NCBI RefSeq assembly: GCF_001194135.2
Contig: NC_068990.1
Location: forward strand, 83,075,003-83,119,786
Origin: Octopus bimaculoides
Taxonomy: Eukaryota
Length of the DNA stretch: 44,784 bases
Reading direction: 5' to 3'
The translations under genes and the position numbers were made by a program. The notes under the pieces were generated by a model that saw only the letters and a list, made by a program, of their open reading frames with translations, was not told where the DNA came from and did no database searches. Position 1 is the first letter of the stretch. The number at the start of each line of letters is the position of its first letter. Below are positions 13,028 through 24,604 of the stretch, piece after piece.

Positions 13028-13110
13028 CATATGGCGTAGTGGTTAACAGCGCGGGCTACTAACCCCAAGATTCCGAATTCTACTCCAGACAGTGACCTGA
13101 ATAATAACGA
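13028..13110 (+). mobile_element. Short tRNA-derived SINE
   Basis: tggcgtagtggttaa (A box), anticodon-arm-like gcgggctactaacccc, degenerate B box gaattctactcc, then gtgacctgaataataa tail. Confidence 0.6.
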
Positions 13111-13535
13111 AACCAAACGGTCAAGGCAGAACTCTATGTTCAACAGGTGGAACGACTCAACATGGGTAATCGGCAGCATGGAGTTCTTCTGCTGCACGAC
13201 AACGCCCGCCCTCATATCGCCAATATGACTAAGGAAGTCTTTCAAACGCATGGCTGGGATGTTCTGCCACCTGCCGTACTCTCCTGCTTTGGCACCAACG
13301 GATTTCCACCTCTTTCGACCTCTTTCAAATGCTATGTGCGGAGTTTCGTTCAATACTGATGCAGAATTGAGAGTTTGGTTGGATCAACGAGGTATTGAAA
13401 ATCTTGTTGAACGTTGAGAAGTTGTAAACAACAAGGGTGAATACATTACTGATTAATTAGTTGTTATTTTTTATTAAATCTTTTTAAAAAATTACATTTT
13501 AAAAAACGGCGGAAACTTAGTTGCCAAACTAATAC
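13111..13535 (+). mobile_element. Mariner transposon 3' fragment with right TIR
   Basis: QTVKAELYVQQVERLN, GVLLLHDNARPHIANMTKEVFQTHGWDVLP, RGIENLVER...VVNNKGEYITD*. The YSPDL motif is disrupted by deletion. TIR aaaaaacggcggaaacttagttgccaaactaata at 13501-13535. Confidence 0.9.
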
Positions 13536-13644
13536 TTATATAAATATATATATTTATATATACAAACAGAGAGAGGGGAAGGAGAAAGAGATGCAAGCGT
13601 GTGCATGTATGTTTGTATACAAGAATAATGCAAGATGACGTTCT

Positions 13645-13790
13645 GTATTCAAATTCTGCCGAGGTCGACTTTGTCTTTCATCCTTTCGGGGTCGATAAAT
13701 TAAGTACCGGTTGTGTACTGGAGTCGATCTAATCGACTGACCCTCTCCCTAAAGATTTCCAGCTTTGTGCCTAGAGCAGAAAAGAATAAT
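13645..13790 (+). mobile_element. SINE family B, tail type 2
   Basis: ttcaaattctgccgaggtcgactttgtctttcatcctttcggggtcgataaattaagtacc...ttgtgcctagagcagaaaagaat. Confidence 0.85.
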
Positions 13791-13975
13791 GCTTGGAGAT
13801 GTTTGTACATTTCCATCGACTTTTATTTTTCTTCCATTGCTTTCGCCTTATAAAAAAAAAACTTAGAAACCATACATGCATATATATGTACGTTATATAT
13901 AATATATAGGTATGTGTGTGTGTTATATTTTAGAATATATAAATGATAACATATCTTATAGTATATATGTGTATT

Positions 13976-14009
<34 letters not shown>

Positions 14010-14217
14010 CATACATACATACATATTATAATATACATGTGCACACACACACACCTATATATATATTTATATATATTTATTATAACCAATAATATTATTG
14101 TCCGGCAGTTGTGATATAGAAGAAATTAATATATGAATAATTAAGTTATCAATAAAAATGCAGATGATTTAGTAGATAGCACAAGCCAACGCAACGTTCA
14201 TTCAACGAAACTAGACT

Positions 14218-14625
14218 ATTCATTTCTACTCTAGGCACAATGTCCGAAATTAAATCGAAATCCAGTACGCAACTCGTACTTAATTTATCGACCCCCGGAA
14301 GGATGAAAAGCAAAGTTGATCTCAGCGGAATTTGAACTCAGAACGTAAAGATATATTAAATACTTCTAAGCAATTCGCCCGGCGTGCTAACGTTTCTTTA
14401 TTGCCCAGAAGGGGCTAAACATAGAGGGGACAAACAATGACAGACAAACGGACTAAGTCGATTATATCGACTCCAGTACGTAACTGGTACTTATTTAATC
14501 GAGTCCGAAAGGATGAAAGGCAAAGTCGACCTCGGTGGAATTTGAACTCAGAACGTAGCGGCAGACGAAATACCGCTAAGCATTTCGTCCGGCGCGCTAA
14601 CACCTCTGCCAGCTCGCTGCCTTTA
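14218..14625 (-). mobile_element. SINE family B dimer (full head + tail 1, then headless unit + tail 2)
   Basis: The minus strand starts ggcagcgagctggcagag at about 14623. The junction aataagaaacgttagcacgccgggc lies near 14380-14405. It ends in ttgtgcctagagtagaaatgaa. Confidence 0.85.
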
Positions 14626-16055
14626 CCATCATAAATATTGAATAAACGTTGACGAATATATCAACACGTTCACTATGCATAGAGGAATACACTGTGCTTG
14701 ATTAGTGGCAACCAGGGACTAAAAAAGCAACAACTATGATAAGTTCTAGTATAACTTAACACCTTCTAATAATCAGTATAAATGTAAAAAAAAGAAAAAA
14801 AAAGATTTGAACGGAAAACAAAGGGAGACAAACCAATAAATTACAACTGATATGCTGCGGGAGTGGGAACTCTTGTTTTATATTCGTTACAAATGTCTCA
14901 GTTACGTTGTAAATCCTAAATGAAAAACGCAAGCTACCAAAATCTAATTTTAAGCAGTAGTCACCATTGTTTGCTATTTACGTTATTGTTCCCTATCAAA
15001 GCGTGTTACTGAATTGAATAAACATTAGCGAGCACGTTGATTTTAACTTGAGGGTAGTGTTTATTTCCAGAATTTCAGCACACTCTTGTTACAATCACAA
15101 CGAATTACAATACTACACCATTTCTAACAGTATTACCACCACCACCACTACTACTACTATTCTAGTGCTGAGGCTGCTACTTTTGCTGCTAATGATGATG
15201 ATGATGATGGTGCTGATGATATCATTTAAACTATTTATAACACTTGCAATATTATTATTTTTGTATATATAATGAAATGCTCCCCTCTAGTAATACTATT
15301 ATCTTAAGCAACCAGCATCCAATAACAACTGTCATTATATTTGTCTATGAACGCTGGCTACTCATACAATATCAGATATTTTGTTAACTCATACAAATGC
15401 AATTTTCATAATTTAGTTGAGCTAGAGTACATTATCCAGAATTGACTTGACTAAATGAATAATGATATATGCAACTCAAACAAGACGTAATAAATAAAAA
15501 TTACTCGAAAACAACTATTATTAAAACAGAAATTTGCACAGTAGTAGTAATCGAATAGAAATTATTGCAGTAGTGTTTAACTAAGACTCGTGGTTGAGGT
15601 GATAAATATATTCATATGAATTTCGAATTGGAATAAGTGACCAGTCTCATTCAAATGAATTATGTGTATACAATTATCTGTCATTTGTTATGTTTGAATT
15701 TAATGTCAACGCTGTAACAAAAAATAAATAAACATATAAATAAATAAAATAACAGTATCCTCTCACGTTAATAATGATAGGGTTTGTTTTGGAACGATGT
15801 ATTTCGGGAAATTGAGCGACATATCAGCTTATTTACGAATTTGAAAACAGTTTTTTGTCAGAGTAGAACTAGTAATAATTATTTACCTATACATAGCAGT
15901 AAAACATTCTAGGTCACTAGGACGATAAATGTACAAACTTTAGAATGTACACCCTGGTTCAGTCATCATTGTTTCGATGAAGGTTCTGTTTCATTGATTA
16001 GGTCAATGATCGTAATTGTTTCCGTGCATCCCGATATGATAAAAAGTAAAACATT

Positions 16056-16428
16056 AGCAAGAGCACTCAGAGAGCATAAACCTCCGCCAAAGCAACACCA
16101 ACGTCCTTTCAACGATTAGCTAGAGATGATTTTTAAAATGAGAATATCTGAAATAAACTCGACTGCTCTCATAAACGATAATACTAAAAATGAACCAGAC
16201 CGTTCTCAAAAATTAAGTAAAAAAGAAAACGGAAAAATAATCCAGAATCCTTATCTGGATTCATCCCAAAATCTAATCAGTTCGTATCAGTCACGAGGCC
16301 AAACATCCCTCAAAGTTTCATCTGAATCCATCCAGCGGTTGGTGAGATATCTTATTCACGGACAGACAAACAAACAAATAAACATGACTGGAAACTATAC
16401 CTCCGCTTTCACTAAAGCGGAGGTAATT
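16056..16428 (+). mobile_element. Non-autonomous Helentron/DINE-1-like element (HINE)
   Basis: Perfect 12 bp terminal hairpin tacctccgcttt-cact-aaagcggaggta (16398-16425). Subterminal cctccgc at 16081 is complementary to gcggagg of the hairpin. GACA/AAAC microsatellite at about 16360-16383. Confidence 0.65.
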
Positions 16429-16599
16429 AACGACTAACTTGTGATGTTTTTTTTTTGTTTTTGCTTTCTTTTCTTTTTTTTTACTGCATAAATCTTTCTA
16501 GAAGTCATCTTTCAAACCATTCTTTGCATGCAAGAAAAAGCTTTGCATCAGAATTTGCCGCTTCCACTTTATGCAAATCCTCAAATAAACTTTTAGCAT

Positions 16600-16650
16600 T
16601 GGTGGTGCTCCAGCATGGCCGCAGTCAAATGACTGAAACAAGTAAAAGAG
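16600..16650 (+). mobile_element. SINE family A extreme 3' tail
   Basis: ggtggtgctccagcatggccgcagtcaaatgactgaaacaagtaaaagagt. Confidence 0.8.
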
Positions 16651-16772
16651 TATTGGTTTGAGCGATTACATTAGAAAGGGTTATTTCTTATAACTTGCGC
16701 TGTTTTGACTTTATGAAAATATTAAACTCATTTACATATACATATATAATATATATATAAATATATATATAT

Positions 16773-16787
16773 AGATAGATAGATACG

Positions 16788-16851
<64 letters not shown>

Positions 16852-16946
16852 CAGACAGGTAGATAGAAAGATGGATACATACATACATGCATACATACAT
16901 ACATACATACATACATACATACATACATACATACATACATACATAC
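16773..16946. repeat. Compound (GATA)n-(CATA)n microsatellite
   Basis: Directly visible tandem arrays. Confidence 0.95.
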
Positions 16947-18420
16947 GTGCAAATTTGTATGCTTTGTTTTATGTGTCTTCTCATGCATATAGCTGCACAT
17001 CTAGACATGCTGATATATACTTAAATGATAAACCTCTGAAAAGTTTTACAGATTTTTACAGTTCCATTGATGGCTTCGATCTGTAGTCTTCGAATCAGTT
17101 TTCTCTTTTCTGGTTTTGAGAAATGTAAAAGTAGTAGCAGTCAAATAAATGTAATGAAATGAAAAGGATGAAGGAGTGAATTACATGATGTTTTATTGAT
17201 TAACATAAGTAGAAAATTGCAAAAACTGATGAATTATTGCGTACATAGCAAGATAGATATGTTGTTAAGTTCCGAAAGAAATTGGTAGCATGATCCTACT
17301 TTCGAAAACTGTTGAAATTGAATTAGATTTCCATAGTGTTCGTATAACGAGTCATCTTCTGAAATAATGGATGATACATTATAATTTCAGTATCCGCAAA
17401 ATTCCGTAACTTGAGTTCGTGTAACATAGCTTATGAATCAGTAAGTACGTTTACTTACTGTTTCAGTCATCCGTTGCACGGTTAAGAAAATGATGTTAAA
17501 ATGATACCAACACATGCAAATTTGTCTCCTATAATTTACTGTTTTAACTCTTTTAACCGTTTCGGCCTGCGAGTTACGGCCATACTGGAGCGGGGGTGCC
17601 ATTACAGACTTGCTTAAATACTACTAATAAATATTAATCTCCATTTACCTTTTCCTCTCTTGGCATTAAATATGTTAATAGTCAATTTAACTTTTGGCTT
17701 TCATGCGGATGTCATTTTTTTAAATTATTTATATACTTTATATTTTGAGTTTAATGAAATATTCAAAGAATAATATTTGTGGAGACAACAATTTATGAAT
17801 ACTTAAACTAAAGACGTGAGATTTAACACAGTTTTAAAGAGAAAAGAAATGAAAAGGTGGTGGTAGTGGGGTGTGTGGTTAATAAAAACAATTTAATTTC
17901 TTTGTAAATGAATTTCAGATAAAGAAATTACACAATATTTTGTAACGTGTGAAGAATCAGTATAATCGGGTAGATAAGGTGTTAGTCTCTCGACTGAAAG
18001 GTCATGCATTCGTATCAACTCGTTAAGATTATGCCCTTAAAAAAGACACCAAATATTACGTGGTTTACAGAAACGACAACAGAGTAGGTATGTAAGTGCT
18101 CAAGACGCGAAAACGATATAGAGAGATAAAGAGAGAAAAGGTACAGAGATAGAGAAGCAGAAAGACTAATGGATAGTGGTAAGTGAGGTACAAAGAGAAT
18201 GACATCGACAGACTATTACTCTAAGAGATATAGACAAAGAAAGCGAGAACAGAGTGACAAGCACAGGCCTATAGACATAAGCATACAAAGATAGCATAAA
18301 AGAAGGTGTTTCATGTTGAGAGAAAGTTGAATGAAAAAGACAGAAAAAGGTAATGAGACGACATTGGAAAAGATTATGGTTGGAGTAACAATTTAACTAA
18401 AATGTACAAACTAAAATGTA

Positions 18421-19105
18421 GGCGCAGGAGTGGCTGTATGGTAAGGAGCTTGCTTACCAACCACATGGTTCCGGGTTCAGTCCTACTGCGTGGCACCTTG
18501 GGCAAGTGTCTCCTACTATAGCCTCGGACCGACCAAAGCCTTGTGAGTGGATTTGGTAGACGGAAACTGAAAGAATCCCGTCGTATATATGTAGATGTAT
18601 ATATACANNNNNNNNNNNNNNNNNNNNNNNNNNNNNNNNNNNNNNNNNNNNNNNNNNNNNNNNNNNNNNNNNNNNNNNNNNNNNNNNNNNNNNNNNNNNN
18701 NNNNNNNNNNNNNNNNNNNNNNNNNNNNNNNNNNNNNNNNNNNNNNNNNNNNNNNNNNNNNNNNNNNNNNNNNNNNNNNNNNNNNNNNNNNNNNNNNNNN
18801 NNNNNNNNNNNNNNNNNNNNNNNNNNNNNNNNNNNNNNNNNNNNNNNNNNNNNNNNNNNNNNNNNNNNNNNNNNNNNNNNNNNNNNNNNNNNNNNNNNNN
18901 NNNNNNNNNNNNNNNNNNNNNNNNNNNNNNNNNNNNNNNNNNNNNNNNNNNNNNNNNNNNAACTTAGCGGTTCGGCAAAAAGAGACTGATAGAATAAGTA
19001 CTAGGCTTACAAAGAATAAGTCCTGTGGGTCGACTTGCTCGACTAAAAGGCGGTGCTCCAGCATGGCCACAGTCAAATGACTAAAACAAGTAAAAGAGTA
19101 CGAGT
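18421..19105 (+). mobile_element. SINE family A, full-length, centre in assembly gap
   Basis: The head ggcgcaggagtggctgtatggtaaggagcttgcttaccaaccacatggttccgggttcagtcc and the 3' half ending aaacaagtaaaagag flank N-run 18608-18960. Confidence 0.9.
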
Positions 19106-20175
19106 ATATATATATATATATATATTTGTTCACGTTCTTGTTCTGGTTTTGGTCACTTCTTATATTATTTAGTTCTAATGCCTGATCAAATTACATCGCT
19201 GCTGTGAGCTGGAAGAAATACTACAAGGCATTTTCCAACGCTTTAACTGTTCTGTCAAATCACCGTCTTAATGAACACTAACAGTCACAACAACAACTTA
19301 TATCGGAAAGGAGAACATCATAAAGCTGAAACATGAAAAATGTAATTCGGAAATGATAGAGTTAAACAGGAAAGTAGTATCTCGTAGTTGTAATTAACAA
19401 ACGTAGTTGTAAATAACGAAGCGGGATTGTGGTTTGAGGGAATGTATTTTATATTTGTCACATGTCGCCGTTCCGATTATCTATGCAGATGAAGCATGTA
19501 CAGTTGCAAATCACACCAATTATTGCAGGCTTAGCTGACACATGTCAGGCGTCTCTCAGGTTTACATAGCGAATTTATTGACAAATAACTGGAGATTCTG
19601 TGCACACAATGAAACAACAATTACACTCATACAACCCACTTATGTAAATGACCATCCGTACATACAAACACAAGCGCCCACATTTGTACACATACGTATA
19701 ACCGCATTTATGTATATGTATGAGTGTGTGTGCACGTGTGTGCGTAGGGGGGGGCTGTGCATATATGCACACACGTACCTACACACGCATACCCGTATAT
19801 ATATNNNNNNNNNNATGTATGTATGTATATTCGTATGTATATATGCATGCACACACACACGTATACATGCATACGCATATATATTCACAAACACGTATAT
19901 ATATATATTGTGACCACCTAAAACAGCGAGAATCAAAACAATAGTGTGAATATTCATTCTTAACACTTTTCAGCACATTTGAACATCAATATGCTAATCG
20001 ATGTTGTATTTCGCCTTCGGAGAATACCATCTCCCTTAGGATGGTACTTGTACATCACACACACGTTTCAGTGACGGAGAAGGGCTTTGAGATATCGGTG
20101 TTCTGACATGATTGCGTCTCTTCCGATTAAATTACTACCGGATTTCTGAATCACACAAGTAAACGGACAGACAGG

Positions 20176-20238
<63 letters not shown>

Positions 20239-20239
20239 G

Positions 20240-20305
<66 letters not shown>

Positions 20306-20306
<1 letters not shown>

Positions 20307-20486
20307 GTAGGAGTGGCTGTGTGGTAAGTAGCTTGCTTACCAACCACATGGTTCTGGGCTCAGTCCCACTGTGTGGTGCCTTAGGCAAGCGTCTTCTACT
20401 ATAGCCTCGAGCCAACCAAAGACGTGTGAGTGGATTTGGTAGACGGAAACTGAAAGAAGCCAGTTGTATATATATGTGTGTGTGTG

Positions 20487-20550
<64 letters not shown>
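20306..20550 (+). mobile_element. SINE family A 5' half plus (TG)n; preceded by a long (GATA)n
   Basis: Head and CORE-like segment intact; no 3' half follows the microsatellite. Confidence 0.88.
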
Positions 20551-21460
20551 TGTATATACGTACATATATGCATTAGAGGCGTTAGTGGCTTTCTCTGTGT
20601 AGTTTTACATATGTGCGTGTGTTCGTATTTGTAACGTAATTCTCTGAAGTCAGCGCTAGCTCAACGCACTTCCCACTAGACACACACACACATATATGCA
20701 CTCTACCTCAGTAAAATCTACCATTGAACCCAAGACAAAGAACCTGATACTACACACCTCTCACAATACAAACTGCGCCATTCACTACTCTATGTCCCCA
20801 ATGACATGAACTTCTAATGAAAAATACACAAGCCAAAAACGTTACTTTAAATCCCATTTGAAATGCCCTCTTAAATAACAGAATTTTTCATCCCTGTGAA
20901 TGTAGCCAAATTACTATTCTTTAATACAAATCACATGTATCTGCATTTATATCCTTTACAGCCAAAGAACTCTGTCCAAACTAAGATGTAGGCAGATGCA
21001 CACACATACACACGCAGACACACACACACACACATACACTTACACACACATACACACATCACTCTCACGTACATGTTACACTCAAACACTCACAAACACA
21101 CGTGCACTCGTCCACAAATATACACTCCCCCTGCAGAGATATACACACGACATCTCGCTCACATGCACTATCTTTATGAAGATAGAAAAATACAAAAATA
21201 AACTCAGACAGTCCCCACCGTAGAGAAACCCATATGCTCGACATTATGTTGCAAATAGTTGTAAGCCAAATGCAGCACTTGTGAATACAACATTCATTTC
21301 TCACTCCTTGACTTGTCTGTGCATTATCGCTCCAGGGTGGAACAGATGGCCAATGTAAGACATTGAATCTTTCAACTCTTACAATTAAATACATATGTAT
21401 TGTTCACTCTCTTTATTTAAGGTAATAGCCGCTGTTATACATAATATGCCGAAATAACTC

Positions 21461-21500
<40 letters not shown>

Positions 21501-21524
21501 CTTAAAGTCAAAACAAGCATTCAT

Positions 21525-21740
21525 ATTCTTTTCTACTCCAGGAACAAGGCCCGAGATTTTGGGGGAGGGGGCCTGTCGATTATAGCGACTCCGGTACGCA
21601 ACTAGTGCTTAATTTATCGACACCGAATGGATAAAAGTTAAAGTTGACCTTGGCGGAATTTGAACTCAGACCCTATAGACAGACGAAATACAGCAAAGCT
21701 TTGCGCCCGGCGTGCTAACGATTCTACCAGCTCGCCAACT
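21525..21740 (-). mobile_element. SINE family B monomer, tail type 2
   Basis: Reverse-complement head (ccggcgtgctaacgattctaccagctcgcc), B box (tttgaactcag), Meta-like segment and tail ttcttttctactccaggaacaaggcc. Confidence 0.85.
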
Positions 21741-22406
21741 TACAAGCATTGATATTTAGAATGCATTTTATACATACGTTTCAGATAGTTACGAAATAGA
21801 TAAAAAGGCTATCTCATGTCTTTCCTCGAATCTTCCTCAGTTCAGACGTATCAAAATATGAACAAATTGAATGAGTTCACCCTACATATGTTACAGCAGT
21901 TTAAGTTAACTACAACATTTGTATTTGTGTGTGTGTATGTGTGTGTATGTGTGTGTGCGCGCGTGTGTTTGTGTGTGTTTATATATTTTATATGCGTATG
22001 TATACATCTATAAATACATATATGTATATATATAGAGATAGATATGTGCGTGTGTGTGTACATAAGTATGTATGTGTGCGTCTGTTTTTGAGTGTTTCTG
22101 TGTTTACATACGAGGATAATAGACGTATATTAACGTCGCTGTAAAAATATGACCTGTGAACACACCAGATGTGCTTTGTCATTTACGAGATAAGGCTTTT
22201 GTCACCTCTCACTTAGATGTATTGATACGAATATATCTGATAGAAAACGCCGGAATTAAACTAACATCATATAAAGAGAAAGAAAGAAAAGCTGAATGCG
22301 AATGCGACATAAGTACGAAGGTAGAAATTGCGATTATTCATTTGATTTACTCAAAGTTTCTGTATGGCTGTTATGACTTTAATCTTTTATAACTTTTATC
22401 TCGTAG

Positions 22407-22615
22407 TTGTTTCAGTCATTAGACTGCAGCCATGCTGGAGCACCGGCTTCGGAATTTTTTATGCTTCTTTTAATTATTTGAAGCTTTGTACTTATCTTAT
22501 CGATCTCTTCTGGCAAGCATCTATGCTGCAGGGACGTAAACACACCAATACCTGTGTTAAACGGCGGTGAAGCACGAACGAACAGACACAGACACAAAGA
22601 CACACATGCACACAC
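22407..22615 (-). mobile_element. SINE family A 3' half, diverged
   Basis: ttgtttcagtcattagactgcagccatgctggagcacc ... gggacgtaaacacacc. Confidence 0.8.
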
Positions 22616-22823
22616 GTATAGACATACGCGAGCGTACACGCATACACATATGTATATATACATATAAAGTAATCTCTCGCGATATCGCGGTTCACTTATC
22701 ACGGTTTATTATTTAAGCTTACTTCGATTCCTCCGTAGTGTCGTTTTGTATTTATAATAAAATAAATATATACAAGTTATAAGAATAATAATAAAAATAT
22801 GCAGTACAGTACTGTTTGTACTT

Positions 22824-22834
<11 letters not shown>

Positions 22835-22877
<43 letters not shown>

Positions 22878-23066
22878 TGTTTTGTCCCCCCAACATCGCT
22901 TGACAACCGAAGTTGGTGTGTTTGCGTCCCCGTAACTTAGCGGTTCGGCAAAAAGAGACCGATAGTACTAGGCTTACAAAGAATAAGTCCTGGGGTCGAT
23001 TTGCTCGACTAAAGGCGGTGCTCCAGCATGGCCGCAGTCAAATCACCGAAACAAGTAAAAGAGTAT
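22835..23066 (+). mobile_element. SINE family A 3' half preceded by (TA)n(TG)n
   Basis: ttgtccccccaacatcgcttgacaaccg...gctccagcatggccgcagtcaaatcaccgaaacaagtaaaagag. Confidence 0.9.
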
Positions 23067-23679
23067 ATATNNNNNNNNNNNNNNNNNNNNNNNNNNNNNN
23101 NNNNNNNNNNNNNNNNNNNNNNNNNNNNNNNNNNNNNNNNNNNNNNNNNNNNNNNNNNNNNNNNNNNNNNNNNNNNNNNNNNNNNNNNNNNNNNNNNNNN
23201 NNNNNNNNNNNNNNNNNNNNNNNNNNNNNNNNNNNNNNNNNNATATATATATGTATGTATGTATGTATGTATAGAGTAAAATCTATGTACCAACATAGGT
23301 TACCAGTCTTGCGTAGGACCATGTTACTACCTTTTAACTCAAGGAAAACATCTTTTCGAGCTGGTTATCGACGCACCACCAGTGTCTGAGATATACTGTG
23401 AGTGGGGGGATCCTACTACTCCCTCCTAGCAACGGTTTCTGATCAATGGTTTCTGGGCAATCTCCCATTCTAAGTGCTGCACAACCGCCGGCTAGAAATG
23501 TAATGAGGCAAAACGAAGAGAGCAAAGTATTAGAAAATCGGATATTTTGGCTTTCATACTGAGTTCGAATCACAGTGTAGTCGGTCGTGCTTCTCATTTA
23601 CCTGTGGATCAGTTCGTCAAATAAGAACTGTGCTGAAGAAAGTTGAATTTTCAGCCCACAACGCGCCGCCATAACACTG

Positions 23680-23978
23680 GACGACAAAGATTCCAGTTAA
23701 TACAATCAGCTGAACAGCCTGCTCGTCAAATTAAGGTGCAAGTGGCTGGGTACTCCACAGACATGGTTACGCTTAACGTAGTTATCGGGGAGATTCCGCG
23801 TGGCTCAGAGTGTGACAAGGTTGACCGTTTGAAATACAGGTACTACTCAATTTTGCCAGGTGAGTGAACTGGAGCAACGTGAAATAAAGTGTCTTGCTCA
23901 AGGACACAACGCGTCGCCAGGAATTGAACTCACGACCTTACGTTCGTGAGTCGAATGCTCCTAACCACTAAGCCACTC
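23680..23978 (-). mobile_element. Third tRNA-derived SINE (tRNA-Val-like head, CORE/V-like central segment)
   Basis: Minus strand: gtggcttagtggttagg (A box), ctcacga anticodon-like loop, gagttcaattcc (B box), then ttgtgtccttgagcaagacactttatttcacgttgctccag. The 3' boundary is approximate. Confidence 0.7.
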
Positions 23979-24604
23979 GCAGTTACTAAATTTGTTCGTA
24001 TATGTGGAAATCAATATCCACATGCTTATACAGCATTTGCTATATAAAGTCAACAACAGAACAATCATTAGAAATATATAAGAAACGAATAACTTGATTG
24101 GAATATTAACTAAATCTAATGAGTAATTATTCTGAAAATCATAGTTTAGTATGCGCTGTAATTTACTGGTTTCGTGTAACGTTTTTAGTTTTAAATTAAA
24201 TAGCATTAGCGAAAAATCTACAATAACAACATTAACATCATCGTCAAAAATAGTATTAACATCATCATTACTATCAACAACATCGATATCGTTAACAACA
24301 TCATCATCAACATTAACAATTTCATGCGCCACCTCATATCATTACCATCTGCAAGCGCAGCAACACCTAGAATTGAAATAATAACAATAGTGTCATTATA
24401 AATTTCATTAATATCTGTAAAAAGTACAGAAACATCAACAATAAAAACAACTGCTGCAATGTGAACAACAATAGTAACAACTGCAACAATATTATCAACA
24501 GTATTAATATTTTTAACATCAACAAGTAACAAAAGCATCATGATTAACATCTACGTAGCTAACGCTACATTATTAACAAAGTATCTTACTTAAAATAGCT
24601 CTCC

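Noticed and set aside
13028-13100. tRNA gene candidates here and at 23905-23978
   Set aside because: A and B boxes are present but acceptor-stem pairing is poor and SINE body or tail follows; treated as SINE heads.
22675-22690. Perfect palindrome cgcgatatcgcg; also small hairpins near 8750 and 29590-29630
   Set aside because: Short, isolated and expected by chance in 45 kb.
23961-24560. Asp/Val/Asn/Ile-rich ORFs on both strands
   Set aside because: Degenerate (ATC)/(AAC) trinucleotide low-complexity tract with no splice or domain evidence.
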